Assembly: GCF_009914755.1 (NCBI RefSeq)
Contig: NC_060929.1
Source of the DNA: the human T2T-CHM13v2.0 reference genome, Homo sapiens
Length of the DNA: 64,000 nucleotides
Strand: one strand, 5' to 3'
Below the pieces are notes generated by a model. It did no database searches and was not told the DNA's origin. It worked only from the letters and a program-made list of their open reading frames with translations. Position 1 is the stretch's first letter. Each line of letters opens with the position of its first letter. Below are positions 32,092 through 47,640 of the stretch, piece after piece. The position numbers and the translations under genes are program-made.

Positions 32092-32829
32092 CTAATTGCT
32101 TAAGGATGATGGGGAATGTGATAAGACCAGTGAATTTCACAAGCATAGGCCCATTGCCATAATTCTCTGGCTATTAAATGAGTTATTTGGTCAGAATGCT
32201 GCATGTAATACTACAGGAGTAGAGCAGGCATTCTGGTCATAAGTCCACAGACGATAGTTCTGGCAGAACCATAGCATGCACGGAAGATAAATCCAACCAG
32301 AGTAAGTATCAATTCCATTATGGACAAAACACTGTCCCTTACATGATGGAAGCATTCCAATGTAATCAATCTGCTGCCAGGTAGATGGCTGATCACCCCC
32401 AAGGGATAGTGATATATTGAGCATTCAGTGTTGGACTCTGCTACAGACTGGGCACTCAGCAGTGGCCATAGGCAGGTCAGTCTTGGTGAGTGGAAGTCCA
32501 TGTTGCTGAGCCGTAACCTTAATCCCTGACACCATGGCTACTTTGTTCATGAGCCCATTGGGGAATGATAGGATTGAGTATGGAAATAAGCAGAATGGAA
32601 TCCCCCAAAGGGTCATGCTATTCACTTGATTATTAAAATCCTCCTTTTCTGAGATCAGTCTTTGGTGAGCATTTACATGAAACACAAATATCTTTATATA
32701 TTTTGTCCATTTAGAGAGGTCAATCCTCATACCTATTCCACTATTTTTTTTTGTTATTAATTTTTCACTCATGGTTGTTCTAAGTCTTTCACCATCTGGC
32801 CAAACCATTAGCTACAGTCCACGAATCAG

Positions 32830-33138
32830 TACCATCATCTCTTGATAACCGTGGAGGATTGGTTCCAGGACCTCCTGCAGATACCAAAATCCATGGATAA
32901 CCTAGTTTCAGATATAAAATAATGTAGTATTTGCATATAACCTGTGCACATTGTCCCGTATACTTTAAGTCATCTCTGGATTACTTATGATACTTTATGC
33001 AATGTAAATACTATGTAAATAGTTGTTGTACTGTATTGTTTAAAAAAGATAAAAAATCTGTACACATTCATTACAGGTGAAATTCATTTTTTTTTTACAT
33101 AATTTTGATCTATGGCTGGTTGAATCCACAGATGTGGG
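32830..33138 (+). mobile_element. MER2 (TcMar-Tigger) inside the ERVL
   Basis: 'ggattggttccaggacc...gataccaaaatccatggat...gtagtatttgcatataacct...ggttgaatccacagatgtgg'. Confidence 0.85.
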
Positions 33139-35076
33139 GAAGGTAGTGTAGCAGGTGTGAACACCACAGGCATTTGGGCCAATTGTTCTTGTAACTTACT
33201 TGGGCCTTCAAGGCCTGCTTGAGCCTGATCATATGTATATACCACTTCCATTTCAGAATAGACTGTTGCAGTGCATGTCCAACTTAATAGATTAGTGGGT
33301 CAGATAACACCTACTTTATAATGAGCAGCTTAAGTGTCATGATAATTTGGGGGGCCATGGTCGAGTGCACAGTTTCTATTAAGGCCCAGTAGCAGGCCAA
33401 GGTCTGTCTCTCACAAGGTGAGTAGTTATCTGCAAAAGATAGCATACTGTTGATAAAAATCCTAAAGAACTGTGTTATGATTCACCTATGGGCACTTGTC
33501 ACAGGATAAAAACAGTATTCTTATCTACAACTGATGCTTCAGGCTCCATTGGAACTAATGGATCGTATGGTCCAAGTGGCAGAGCAGCTTGCTCAGCAGC
33601 CTGGATCAGTTTTTACAAGCGTTACAGCAGAACTGAGTATATTGATCATAATAAAGGATGGGAAAGAGAATGTTAAAATTCTTGCACAAAACCAACAGCA
33701 TTGCTGGGAGGAGGAATATTCTGTGTGCAAACCAATTCTAGTTTTCTTCTCCTGCTAGGGTAAAGCCAAAAAGATCTCAACTGCTGAAACCAGGAGCACA
33801 TTTCAAAGCTATATTGTCCATAGAGGCTGAAATGAAGATGTCTAGCACACTTAATTATTAGACAACACGTGCTTCATACTTTTTATTCCGCTATCATAGT
33901 GAAGAAGAATGTTAAAATACATAAATTGCATCTTTTTTAATCATAAAGAGAATTATATGCAAAAATGAATATTTCAACAAATTAAAGTCATAATTTTTTA
34001 AAGACCCATTTTATTTATTTATTTTTTCCTTAAAAATATTTATTTCATTAATCTAAAATAATTTTCTTGGTGATTATCATGTCCAGAGGAATATTCTAGT
34101 TTGAGCTGCTTATATTTTTTTCAAAATGTAAAAGGAAATCCTCTCTGAGACCATGTCTCTTTCACACTAAAATTCAAATATAAAATTGCTAATAACTTTA
34201 ATTTGTTAAAGATCTTAATTTCTGAGTTTAAGAACCATCTATCATTTATAACAGGAAATAAAAGAAAATAAAATGGACTCTAATAACATGACTCATGATA
34301 ATTTTAGCCGTATTCTCCATCAGCAATAACTGTAACCTAATAAATTGACAGTGAATATTTCCTCCTTGAACACAATTAGTAATGACCCTTTTCTTTTATT
34401 ATGATGCCCAGTTGTCCTCAGATAAGACTGTGAGATTAACTACTGTGGCAAGCCTGCTGAGATTATACAAGTGTGTAGCCTGCTGTTTCAGTTAGCAATG
34501 ACTTGAGAAAAAAACAATAATTATATATGTATATATGTATACATATAAATATATAATTTGTGCTGGATATATATAGACACACACACATACATATGTATAA
34601 CCATAGGTTCCTGTGGTTGACTCCTTACACATTTCACTTCAGTTTCAATTTCATGTAGATCTGTATGAGTTTCAAACCAGGTGAAAAATCATATCATTAT
34701 GGCCCAGCAGGGGCATAATATAATTTCACTGAAGCCCAGCTGGTTTGAAATGCAATGACTGAAAATCAGGTAAGATTTACATATTGGCAGCTTTGGAAAT
34801 CAAGGCTTTACACACCTCTGATTACATTTAAATTAGAATTCACAGTAAAGGTCACAAGTTGTACCCAATTGTAATGATCTGACTATAACCCTTGAGCTAT
34901 CTCAAACTTATTGCTCTAGGGCTGGCTTGCCAGTGTCAGGTGCCATCAGTCTCACCAGACAGAGATGAGGGCACAGGGTGGAACTCTGCACACCTCATGC
35001 CTAAGTCATGACCACACAACTGTAAGAGTATAACACATTATCCATCACGTCTCCTAAAAAATTCACCCTCAGTATT

Positions 35077-35445
35077 CTGTAGGATCCTCTTATCAATGGG
35101 TTTCACTTTGCACAATTTCAGTTACTCAGAGGTCAGTTGCATTCTGAAAATACTACATGAAAAATTCCAGAAATTAGCAATTCATGTTTTAAATTGTGAG
35201 TTGTTCTGAGTTGGGTGATGAAATCTTGCACCACCCTGCTTCATCTTGTCTGAGATGTGACTCATCCCTTTGTCCAGTGTATCCAGGCTGTACACACTCA
35301 CACTACCTCCTTGTGAGTCACTTAGTAGCAGACTTGGTTATCAAAATGACATAGTATGGTTTGTATAGGGTTTGGTACTATCCACAGTTTCAGGCATCCA
35401 CTGGGGTTCTAGAAAGGTAAGCCCTGTGGATAAGTGGGGGATGCA
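35077..35445 (+). mobile_element. MER44B/Tigger7-like
   Basis: 'aaaattccagaaattagcaattcat', 'catccctttgtccagtgtatcca', end 'caggcatccactgggg...gtggataagtggggg'. Confidence 0.75.
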
Positions 35446-35620
35446 ATTTATGTCACAGCATTTGATGTCTATATCCTAAGCTTAATGAAGTGTAGTAGCG
35501 AGGATATTTCAATTATTTTAATTGTTTACAAGATTATGACTTGTGATCATTGAAACAAATGTCCTTTTCTCTTCCTCCCGTTTTTGTCTCCTGCTTTTCA
35601 GATCATAGAAAAATTAGGGT

Positions 35621-35907
<287 letters not shown>

Positions 35908-36629
35908 TTAGGGTGACGTGATTAAATACATATTTAAGATAAATATACACATAATCAATACTCATTTCTATACACTATTACATTTCCATTATATTTACAG
36001 GATTACTTATAGCTAAAATTGATTTAATTTGACCTATCTCTCCTTTATTTTGGGAATTAGCTGTAAACACATGTTAATTTTATGGATCTTCTAACAGGCA
36101 TTTTTTGCTAACTAGGTTTAGATTTCCCTAAAGCATTGAAAATTAAGGCAGGGTAAAGAAAGCTAGAGCCATCACTTCTTATTCACCATTGTTATTCTAA
36201 ATTTATAAATATCCATTAGAAAAAAAACTAAACCAAGTATTTTTCATCCATTTTATAATATATTCTACCACACGAACTATATAAAACAGTTAAGAAAACG
36301 TTCTTTTATACCTAAAAAAGTCAAATTATCTAATTAAAATAAAGGTAATATTCAATCTATTTTTCTATCCCTCTTATAACAACAAACAGCTTTAGCCTCT
36401 TTCTCAGGTCTTTCTCTGCCTATGTGTCCATCCTTTCATAATCTCCAAATGCTTACATAATTTTTACACAGATTCCTTTTCAAAATTTTTTATAGCAACT
36501 TTTCAACTGGTTTCAATTATATGAAGTACGAGTCTTTTTTTAAGAGTCAATGTTTTCTGTAAAAATCTCAATTTCTTTCTCACCTTTACTCTGGATTAAA
36601 ATCTGCATTCTTAGTATTTTCTTGTCATT

Positions 36630-36810
36630 TTCTCATTCAACATTAATTTAAGAAATACCTATTCAGGGCCTACCATGTAGCAAGCACAGTTAAAAGTGTT
36701 GGGTGGAGATGACCGTGACAAGCTCCTATTCTCAAGAACCTCACAGATGAGAATAATGAGATTGTATGATTAGTAATAAAGATTCAGATCAGACTAATAC
36801 AGTGAATGCT
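36630..36810 (-). mobile_element. L2 3' fragment
   Basis: 'cattcaaca...tattcagggcctaccatgtagcaagcacagt...ctcaagaacctcacag'. Confidence 0.6.
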
Positions 36811-36812
36811 TA

Positions 36813-37377
36813 TGAATTTATGTTGCCTTAGCATCCATTTCGAATACAGGTTTAACTTTCTCAGACCAAGAGCAGTACAGTTTCAGTTCTACACAGTTTT
36901 CAGCTCTACACCCAGCACCAATGGTTCAAGCCTGTGGCCACAGATAAGAAGTTAAAGGAATCTCTCCTGCCTAGAAGCCTGGGCTCCCCACCTTCTCTCT
37001 GCTTTCCTTAAAATGACCATTCTGGCATTTGCCTGTGAATTTAAGGTGACTCACGCCTTTTTCTCATATACGCTGTTAATTGCCAGAACTTTTTTACCTC
37101 CCTTTCTTCCTGCCTGCCGTGTGTTCCCTGACCTGTGTGTGGCCTCCAGGCTTGCAGTATATACCCCACGTTCTGTAAGAACTAAAAACTCTTAAACTTT
37201 CACAGTGTGGCTCTTGCTGAAACCTTGCCAGCAATCCCACCAGTAGGCTGGCTGCCTGAAGGCACCCCTGCAGGTGGATCTGCTACTAGTGTTTTCTCAG
37301 GGCCTCTGAAACTGCTAAGAACAGTAGCTATCAGCTAAGTTGATAGAGAAACTCCATGAAGAGTTTCATTCAAAACA
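36813..37377 (+). mobile_element. Solo ERV LTR (family uncertain)
   Basis: TG...CA-bounded ~560-bp block ('tgttgccttagcatccattt'...'ttcattcaaaaca') with TATA-like and poly(A)-like motifs. Confidence 0.55.
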
Positions 37378-39419
37378 AATCAATAGAATAGTCGATATTC
37401 CCCAGCATGAGAGGAAAGAAGTGTGGAATCAGGCTTCATACTGAAGGTAATTCTAGCCTTGAATTGAAAAAAGACTCTTGCTTTCAAGGGCAACATTCTT
37501 ATCTGCAAAAATGAACTGTGTTTTACACTGGAATCTCTGTGTGACCAGTTTTTTCCTAATTAACTTATTCAGGTCCTTGCTCTTTCCAAGAAAATGTCAG
37601 CATTTTAAAATTTGACATTTTAAAAGACCCAGAGTGTTTTGACATCAAGTTAAATATAAGTTAATTTAAATTAGTTCACAAAATGTCACAAAGTGAGACA
37701 AAAGAATCCACTTTTTTCTCCAAAGTCACAACAAATTGTTTAATAAAGAAGAATAAATAAATAATTATGTGTAACAGATTGCCAGTCACTGTCTTTCATT
37801 TCCTTAAGAAGAATGGAGCAGACTAATTCTGCTAGAATTTCCTGATGTATTAGATCAGTATATATATTTTTTAAAATTTTTGGAATGTGACATGCAATAA
37901 CTATTTTTCACTTTTATCTTGAAAAGTCATGTCAAATCTCAAAAGAAACACATGAACAACAGTAACAACAAAAAGCTATCTTAAAATTAGCCTCAATCTT
38001 GAAAGAAAAAGATTGGAAGGTCATAATGTCACAACAATGAGTGGTTTTATAAATTGAATAAATTTATCTTTATGACAAACTCATTATATTTTTCTTATTT
38101 TACTTTAGTCATGTGAAAGTATATTCCAAACCCAGAACCTGAGCACAGATTGGGACTGAGAAACACTTGTCTAGATTGTCAGGCAATCTGTAACATCAGC
38201 AGTGGATGGAAAGAAGGAGAAAGATGAGTTTTATGGACGCTAACCCATCTATATGGCTTTGGAAAATAAAGTACTGCTGTTTTTTTTTGTAAAGGATTTT
38301 TATTTTTTATCTTTACATACATCTCCCATTAAAAGGTTAAGACATTAGGGTTTTCTATTTATAACTTGACTTTTGTATATGCAAACACTGTTTTGGAAGA
38401 TCTTGATGATAAACTCAGCAGATATGAACCGGTCTGGTACTACATGGTAGTATAAGGTATCTGATTTCCATCAGGGTATGATTACAATGTATACTTTATA
38501 TCTAGAATTAATCTAATCTAATGTTTCTCCATTTTTTTTTCACAGACTCACATATATTTCACTTATTTATACTTCACAATATTTCAGCATTCTTTTGGGA
38601 TTGCCTTTATTTGAGATTGGGTTTCCCACCACTTCTTTGAAAACTTCAGATGTATTATGCCTCTTAATAAGAAATCTGACATGATAAAATGACATAAATA
38701 ACAGAGATAAAATCAGATGTATCTTAGTCATTGCTGAACTTTCAGTAAGCACAATTGTGATCAAGCCGAAAAGATACAGTAAATTGCATTAATAAAAAAT
38801 ATGGGTCTTTTGTCCTACCATTATTCTCAACATATTCCATAATTTAACACAGTGGCTTAGGTGATGCCTTCATGCAAATTTATCATAGCATGGGTCATGA
38901 AGAGTGACTGACAAAGTAGTATTTCACAGACACGTCCATTGACTGTGATAAATACGACCTCTACATTAGAAATTCATATAACACAGTGAAATTTAGAAAA
39001 CGATGATGTTGTTAGACAAGCCAAGCCCATGAAATCATAAAACCATGAATAGTCTTTCATAATTAAAGCCGTTATATTCATGTCTACTGGACAAAGCAAC
39101 ACATAAGCTATAAAGGTCATCATTATCTCTCAATTTAAAAAATAAAATAAAAACCAAAGTTAAGATTCAGTATCACTCTCATTGAGCACAGTTGCTAACT
39201 CTCTGACTACAGAACTTACTCTGTGTTCCCTTCTGCTATTGTTCTGTGACTATTTTTTAATCACTTTTCTTTCATAAGCAATTTTTCCTTTTCCCCTTCA
39301 CTCTCTCTTCTTAATCCACAACTCCACCCAGCAGGCCCTGAATAACTTTGGAAGTAAACACACCCTGTAAAAGATTGTCCTTTTTTTTTTTTTGGTTGCT
39401 TACAGTTGCATTACATTTA

Positions 39420-40998
39420 CAGTTATGCACCACATGATGTTTCAGTCAACAATGACACACATTTACTATAGCGGTTTCATAAAATTATAATGGGGCTGCA
39501 AAATTTCTATCGCCTGGTGACATCGTGGTCATTGTAATGTTATAGTGCAACATATTACTCATGTCTGTGGTGATGCTGGTGTACACAAACCTACCGTGTT
39601 TTCAGTTGTATAAAAGTATAGCACACACAATTTCGTATAGTATATAATACTTGATATGCTAATAAATGACTATGTTACCTATTTATATATTTATTCTATG
39701 GTACTTTTTATCACTACTTTAGAGTGTAGTCTTTCTACTTAAATATTTTTTTAAAAGTTAACTGTAAAACAGCCTCAGGCAGTCACTCAGAAGGTATTTC
39801 ACAAAAAGGCATTTTTATCATGGGAGATAACAGCTCCATGAATCTTACTGCCTCTGAAGACTTTTCACTGGGACAAGATGCAAAAGTGAAGAGGTGATAC
39901 TGATGATCCTGACCCTGTGTTGGCCTATGATAATGTGTGTGTTTGTGTCTTAGCTTTTAACAAAAAAGTTTAAATAGTACAAACAAATTTAAAAATAGAA
40001 AAATGCTTATAGAATAAGGATATAAAGAAAGAAAACATTTTTGTACAGTTGTATGTACAATGTGTGTTTTAAGCTGTGTTATTACAAAAGAGACAAAGGG
40101 TCAAAAAATTAAAAGTTTATAAAGTACAAAGCTACAATAAGTGAAAGTTAATTTGATACTAAATAAATACTTTTTAAAATAAATGTAATGTAGTCAAAGT
40201 GTATAGTGTTTATAAAGCCTACAGTAGTGGACAGTAATATTCTAGGCCTTCACATTCACTCACGTCTCACTCACTGATTCACCCAGAGCAAGTCCTGCAA
40301 GATCTTGGTAGAGCACATGGTAAGTGCTCTAGACAGGTTTACCATTTTGTAAATCTTTCATAATGTATTTTTACTGTACCTTTCTATTTTTAGATATGTT
40401 TAGATACACAAATATTTACTATTGTGTTATAATTTCTGACAGTGTTCAGTATAGTAACATGCTGCACAGGTTTGTATCCTAGGAGCAAAAGACTATATGA
40501 TATAGCCTAAGTGTGTAGACTTGATATGGTCTGGATCTGTGTCCTCAGTGAAATCTCATGTCTAATTGTAATCCTCCATGTTGCAGATGGGGCCTGGTGG
40601 GAGGTAATTGAATCACGGGGGTGATTTCTCATGGTTTAACACCATCACCCCTTGGTACTGTATAGTGATAGTTTTCTCATGAGATCTGGTGTATAGCACC
40701 TCCTCCTGCCCCTCTTGCTCCTGCTCTGGCCATGTAAGATGTCCCTGCTTTTCTTTTGCCTTCTACCATGAATGTAAGTTTCCTGAGGCCTCCCAAGAAG
40801 CAGAAACCACCATGCTTCCTCTACAGCCTGCAGAACCATGAGCCAATTAAACCTCTTTTCTTTACAAACTACCCAGTCTCAGGTATTTCTTGATAGCAGT
40901 ATGAGAACTGAGTAATACAACATTCTATCATCTTTATTCAATGACAAAATTATCTAACAATGCATTTCTCAAACAATATACCTATCATTAAGGGACAC
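39420..40998 (+). mobile_element. Tigger3b (Golem) interrupted by MSTA
   Basis: Starts 'cagttatgcaccacat'; internal 'ggtgatgctggtgta', 'tctaggccttcacattcactcac'; ends 'atgcatttctc...cattaagggacacatagctg'. Confidence 0.85.
40522..40919 (+). mobile_element. MSTA solo LTR (ERVL-MaLR)
   Basis: TGATATGG...TAATACA ends; 'gagccaattaaacctcttttctttacaaactacccagtctcaggtatttc'. Confidence 0.9.
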
Positions 40999-41399
40999 AT
41001 AGCTGCATTATCATAAAGGCACTGAATATAAAATGATAATGATATTTGAGAATGTAAACAACAGCCTGGAATCTCATCATTATTTGTTTAAAGAAACTTT
41101 TCTTTGATTTCCTAGTTATGCATATGAACTTTTCTTCAGAAACAAAACTATGATGCAAAAATGTATTATTATGCAATTCATTGGCCCTGTTCAAGATGAA
41201 ACAAATTGTCAGGTCTTGGTATCAGATGGTTTATTCAATTCAGAGAACAGATTTGGGCACACAGAGACATCCACTGTCTGGCAGAGAGGACCTATCTATG
41301 GAAATGACAGGTTGCAAACCTTTTAGGAACATTAAAAGTTACAATTAAAAATAAATAGAAGGCAAAGAACTGTTAGCATTTTTTCTAGTACGATTCCTA

Positions 41400-41563
41400 G
41401 GTGACTCCCTGGAAATCAACTGAGGTGCTTTTATATAGCAGATTCCTGGGTCCCACTCAACACCTGTAGAATCAGGGAAACCAGAGGAGATGCTTGGGAA
41501 TATGCATTTATAATAATCTTTTCAGATGTTTCTTGTATACTCTTTAGTCTGAATATTACTAGG
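41400..41563. mobile_element. MER5-like hAT fragment
   Basis: 'gcagattcctgggtcccac...agaatcag...gggaatatgcattt'. Confidence 0.55.
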
Positions 41564-41787
41564 TTACAAGAATACTGTAGCTTCCAGTGTGACTATATCC
41601 ATCAACTTGCAGCACTCCTGCTAGGTTCTGAAGTCCTAACCACAGTACTATTGTAAGATCTGGCTGGTTAGTGAATCTAAGTCATTTGTGGCCATGAGAA
41701 ATTCACAGGGCTGAGCTTGCAAATTGACAGTATTAATGGCTATACCATGTTAGTAGGTCTCAGCAGGAGTGGAACAGTTCTTAAAGC

Positions 41788-42227
41788 CTGTAAGTGAGAA
41801 CACATGGTATTCAGTGTTTTGTTTCTGTGTTAGTTTGCTGAGGATAATGGTCTCCAGCTTCATCCATGTCCCTGCACAGGACATGATCTCATTCTTTTTT
41901 TATGGCTGCATAGTATTTCAGGGTGTATATGTACCACATTTTCTTTATCCAGACTATCACTAATGGGCATTTAGGTTGATTCTTTGGCTTTGCTATTGTG
42001 ATTAGTGCTGTAATGAAATGACACATGAACACATAGAGGGAAACAACACATACTGGGCCCTTTCAGAGAGTGAAGGGTGCAAGGAGGGAGAGGATCAGGA
42101 AGAAAATCTAATGGGTAATACACTTAATACCTGGGCAATGAAATAATATGTATAACCAACCCCCCTGACAAAACTCTATCTATGCCACAAACTTGCACTT
42201 GTACCCCTGAACTTGAAAGTTTAAAAA
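41788..42227 (+). mobile_element. Short L1PA (about PA11-PA15) with 5' inversion
   Basis: Minus segment 41788-~42017 then plus 3'UTR ~42018-42227; TSD AGTTCTTAAAGC at 41776-41787 and 42228-42239. Confidence 0.9.
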
Positions 42228-43844
42228 AGTTCTTAAAGCATTTATCTGATATTTTTAAGTAACAAATATTGTCTCTATATTTTTTATATTGTTATATAAT
42301 ATTGACAACCACAAAACTTGGTTTATATGACACAAATATACAAAGTCCTATTTGTTTTTCTTCACATTTTCTTTTTGAAAAGGATTTGTAGATGTTGCTC
42401 TCTTTAAGACAGTCATAGCATGATCTCATTAGGCTTAGGAACAAATAATACATTGAATATCTTATTAACACTGGCTGAAAAATTGTATAGATTTAGAAAC
42501 GATGTTAGAACTTTTTAAACAAAATACATTTTAGATAAGTTTCATCCTTTCATTCAACTAAATAAAAAATAAATTTTCAATAATAGAACAATTTCCAGAA
42601 AATGCCCACACCTTGGAAAATGCACTAGTAACGTTTATTTTAATTTCAAACAAAAAGATCGATTTATCTAAGTCATTTCGCCCTCAAAAGTGTTAGATTG
42701 CCTTTCTTCTTTTAAATTCAAGATTTGTGCATATTTAGTACTTTATTGATTGTGCCAGGCTAGTCTTTTTCCTTTTGTAATTTTCTCCCAGCCTATGTTA
42801 AAAGCTGTACCTACTCTGCAGTGGCACCTGTGCAATTTTAAAACAGTTCAGAAAATTACTCCCAGCTTTGACTTCTATCCCAATTTCAATTCTCTATATT
42901 CGATTGCATTCCCTGGTTTCTTTCCTGTTTCCTTTTACCCTAGTTTTTCCTCCCTCTTTCGGTATTTCTTTTTGTTGACTTCCCATGTAATGGTGTGCCT
43001 GGTTTTCAATTTTGTAATGTTTTATTTTCTAAAATGCACTGTATTTCTTATTATTCCTTCACTGTAAGGGTCATGGGTTAATTTCAGCCTCGCACAGCCC
43101 AGTATAAGATCAAATCCCAGAGCATTAATGGCCTGTAATCAAGATTTACTTTAAAGATATGACAAAAGACAAGTGGAAAGAGGATATTATAAACTTTGAA
43201 CTTCCCCCAGCCCTTTGGAAATAAGCTACTTTTCCTTTTGAGACCTGTTAAAATATAAATATTTGCGAAAACAAATTTGTTTCTCTAGCAGAAGAACAGT
43301 GTTAAACATGTTTTGTTTTGTAATGTAAATTTTGCAGTGCTTTCTACTTTTTCACAAAGCAGTTGGGCTATCAAGAAATTAGCACACCACTTTTCTTACT
43401 GCACAGATGAATAGGTTGGCAGTGAAATGAAGCCATTTACTGCATTTTACAGTACAGTGAGCTCAACAGCAGCTGCTTAAAAACCAAAAACAAAGTTTTG
43501 AAAACAAAGTGACTCTATTTCTTCAATTGAAATGTGGAATTTATATAACAGGAATATTCCTATAGTATTGTTACTAGCTGGTGAAGTTAAATTTTTCATT
43601 AGAAGATAGTCATATTTAGCTTCTTTGCAAAGGAAGTTAAACTTTTACAAAAAGCTTTATGCTGATATTTTCTCAGTCGGTATGATTTTACCAGAATTTC
43701 TTTCATATATTGCATAGTCTTTAAATATTACTAATATATTTTTATTAAAATATACCCAAAGAATTATAACTAATATAATACATGCTTATTTTATATGAAA
43801 TATGTTTTTAATGTGTTATGGACATTTTAATGAAGCTGGTAAGA

Positions 43845-44430
43845 AATTTATTAGGCAACATTTATGGAATGCCTCCTATGTGTATCGTGGTTTCTCAGAT
43901 GCTGGTTCATGTGTGATCCTATGAAACTTAAATATTTAAGGAGAGAGAGGAATAAAGGTAAATTAAAAGTCACTGTGCAGCATGATAAATGCTTTGTTAG
44001 TGACGTATCCAATTAGACATGTAAGCTTAGAAGACATTTGTCTGTGTCTGCCAGGGGATTGAGATTAAGAAATAACCATCTCTGACTTAGCAAAATTAAG
44101 CTATGAATTAACGGGTCAAAATGTTTAGAGAAGGATTTTTCCAGAAAATTCTATGGTTGATAAGCTGTCAAGGAGTCATGGGGATTTTGATACATACAAA
44201 ATGAAAAGTAGTTTTTTGGGGGCTGGCATGGTAGTGTTAATGGATTTCTAGGTGGGAAATAAAAGTGAAAAAGCATTTGGAAGTATTTTTATAATGACCC
44301 TTTCTTTGAAACACAAAGAAGTTTGAATTTAGGTTAAGAAACCTAGTAAAACCCATTAAAGTGATAACTGATCAAATTTTTATTTGATCATTTCTGGAAC
44401 AATGGGGGAACAATTCTGAAAGCAATGGGG
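43845..44430 (-). mobile_element. L2 fragment
   Basis: 'caacatttatggaatgcctcctatgtg...catgataaatgcttt...aagaagtttgaattt'. Confidence 0.55.
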
Positions 44431-44729
44431 AAAATTGTATCATAGGGATGATACTGGAAAAATAAAAAATGTTACATTGCTTGAGTAAGAGCACAAGCAA
44501 ATGATTTTTTTAAATGAATTAAAAGAATGCCAAAATGGAGGAACACATTTGAAAAATTTAAAACAAAATAATTTACTTACCACTTGATAATTAAATGGTT
44601 GGTTATATGAGTGGATAAAGAAAATAATAATAACACATACATAAACACATATAGACAAACAAAATGAATAAAATACTTCAATTGTTGGAGATGTTGAGAA
44701 ATGGTCTGTATACTATACATACTCAGAAA

Positions 44730-47135
<2,406 letters not shown>

Positions 47136-47199
47136 ATATGTTGTGTTAAAGCTCCAAATATATTCATTTGTTTTTTAGTCCAGAACCCTGTCAACACTA

Positions 47200-47640
47200 T
47201 GTAGACCAAAAACACCATCTCGACAACTCAATTCAATCAAGCACAAATTCTAGTGCTGCTGTGAAATGGCTGTGCAGATATGATTAAAGTCTATAATCAG
47301 TTTACTGGAGTTAAATAAAAGGGAATTGTTTATGGGTTGGCCTGAATTAATACATCATAAAGCCTTTTAAAGAAGTTTTAGTCATTTCCTGGAAGCAAAC
47401 ATCGTAAGAGCTAATAAGTATACAATTGTTCTCTCTCTCCCCTGGATCTTCCTTCTTGATTGCTGCCTGTGAGAAACAGGTTTCGGCTCATGCCTATGGA
47501 GTTTTAATCCTGATCTTCCTTTTCTTACTGCCTGCCCTGTGGACATCTGCCTTGCTTAATAAGCTGCCACAATTGTGTAAACCTTGTAATAAGTCCATCT
47601 ATGTATGCATATTATATATATATATATATATATACACACA
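47200..47640 (+). mobile_element. MLT2-type ERVL LTR (MLT2E/F-like) ending in (TA)n
   Basis: 'tgctgctgtgaaatgg..tgcagat..gattaaagtctataatcagtt', 'ctgcctgccctgtgga', 'ccacaattgtgtaa'. Confidence 0.65.

Noticed and set aside
34659-34769. Plus-strand exon-like segment (tttcatgtag ... CAG|gtaaga)
   Set aside because: Stops in all three frames and no partner exon; such sites occur by chance
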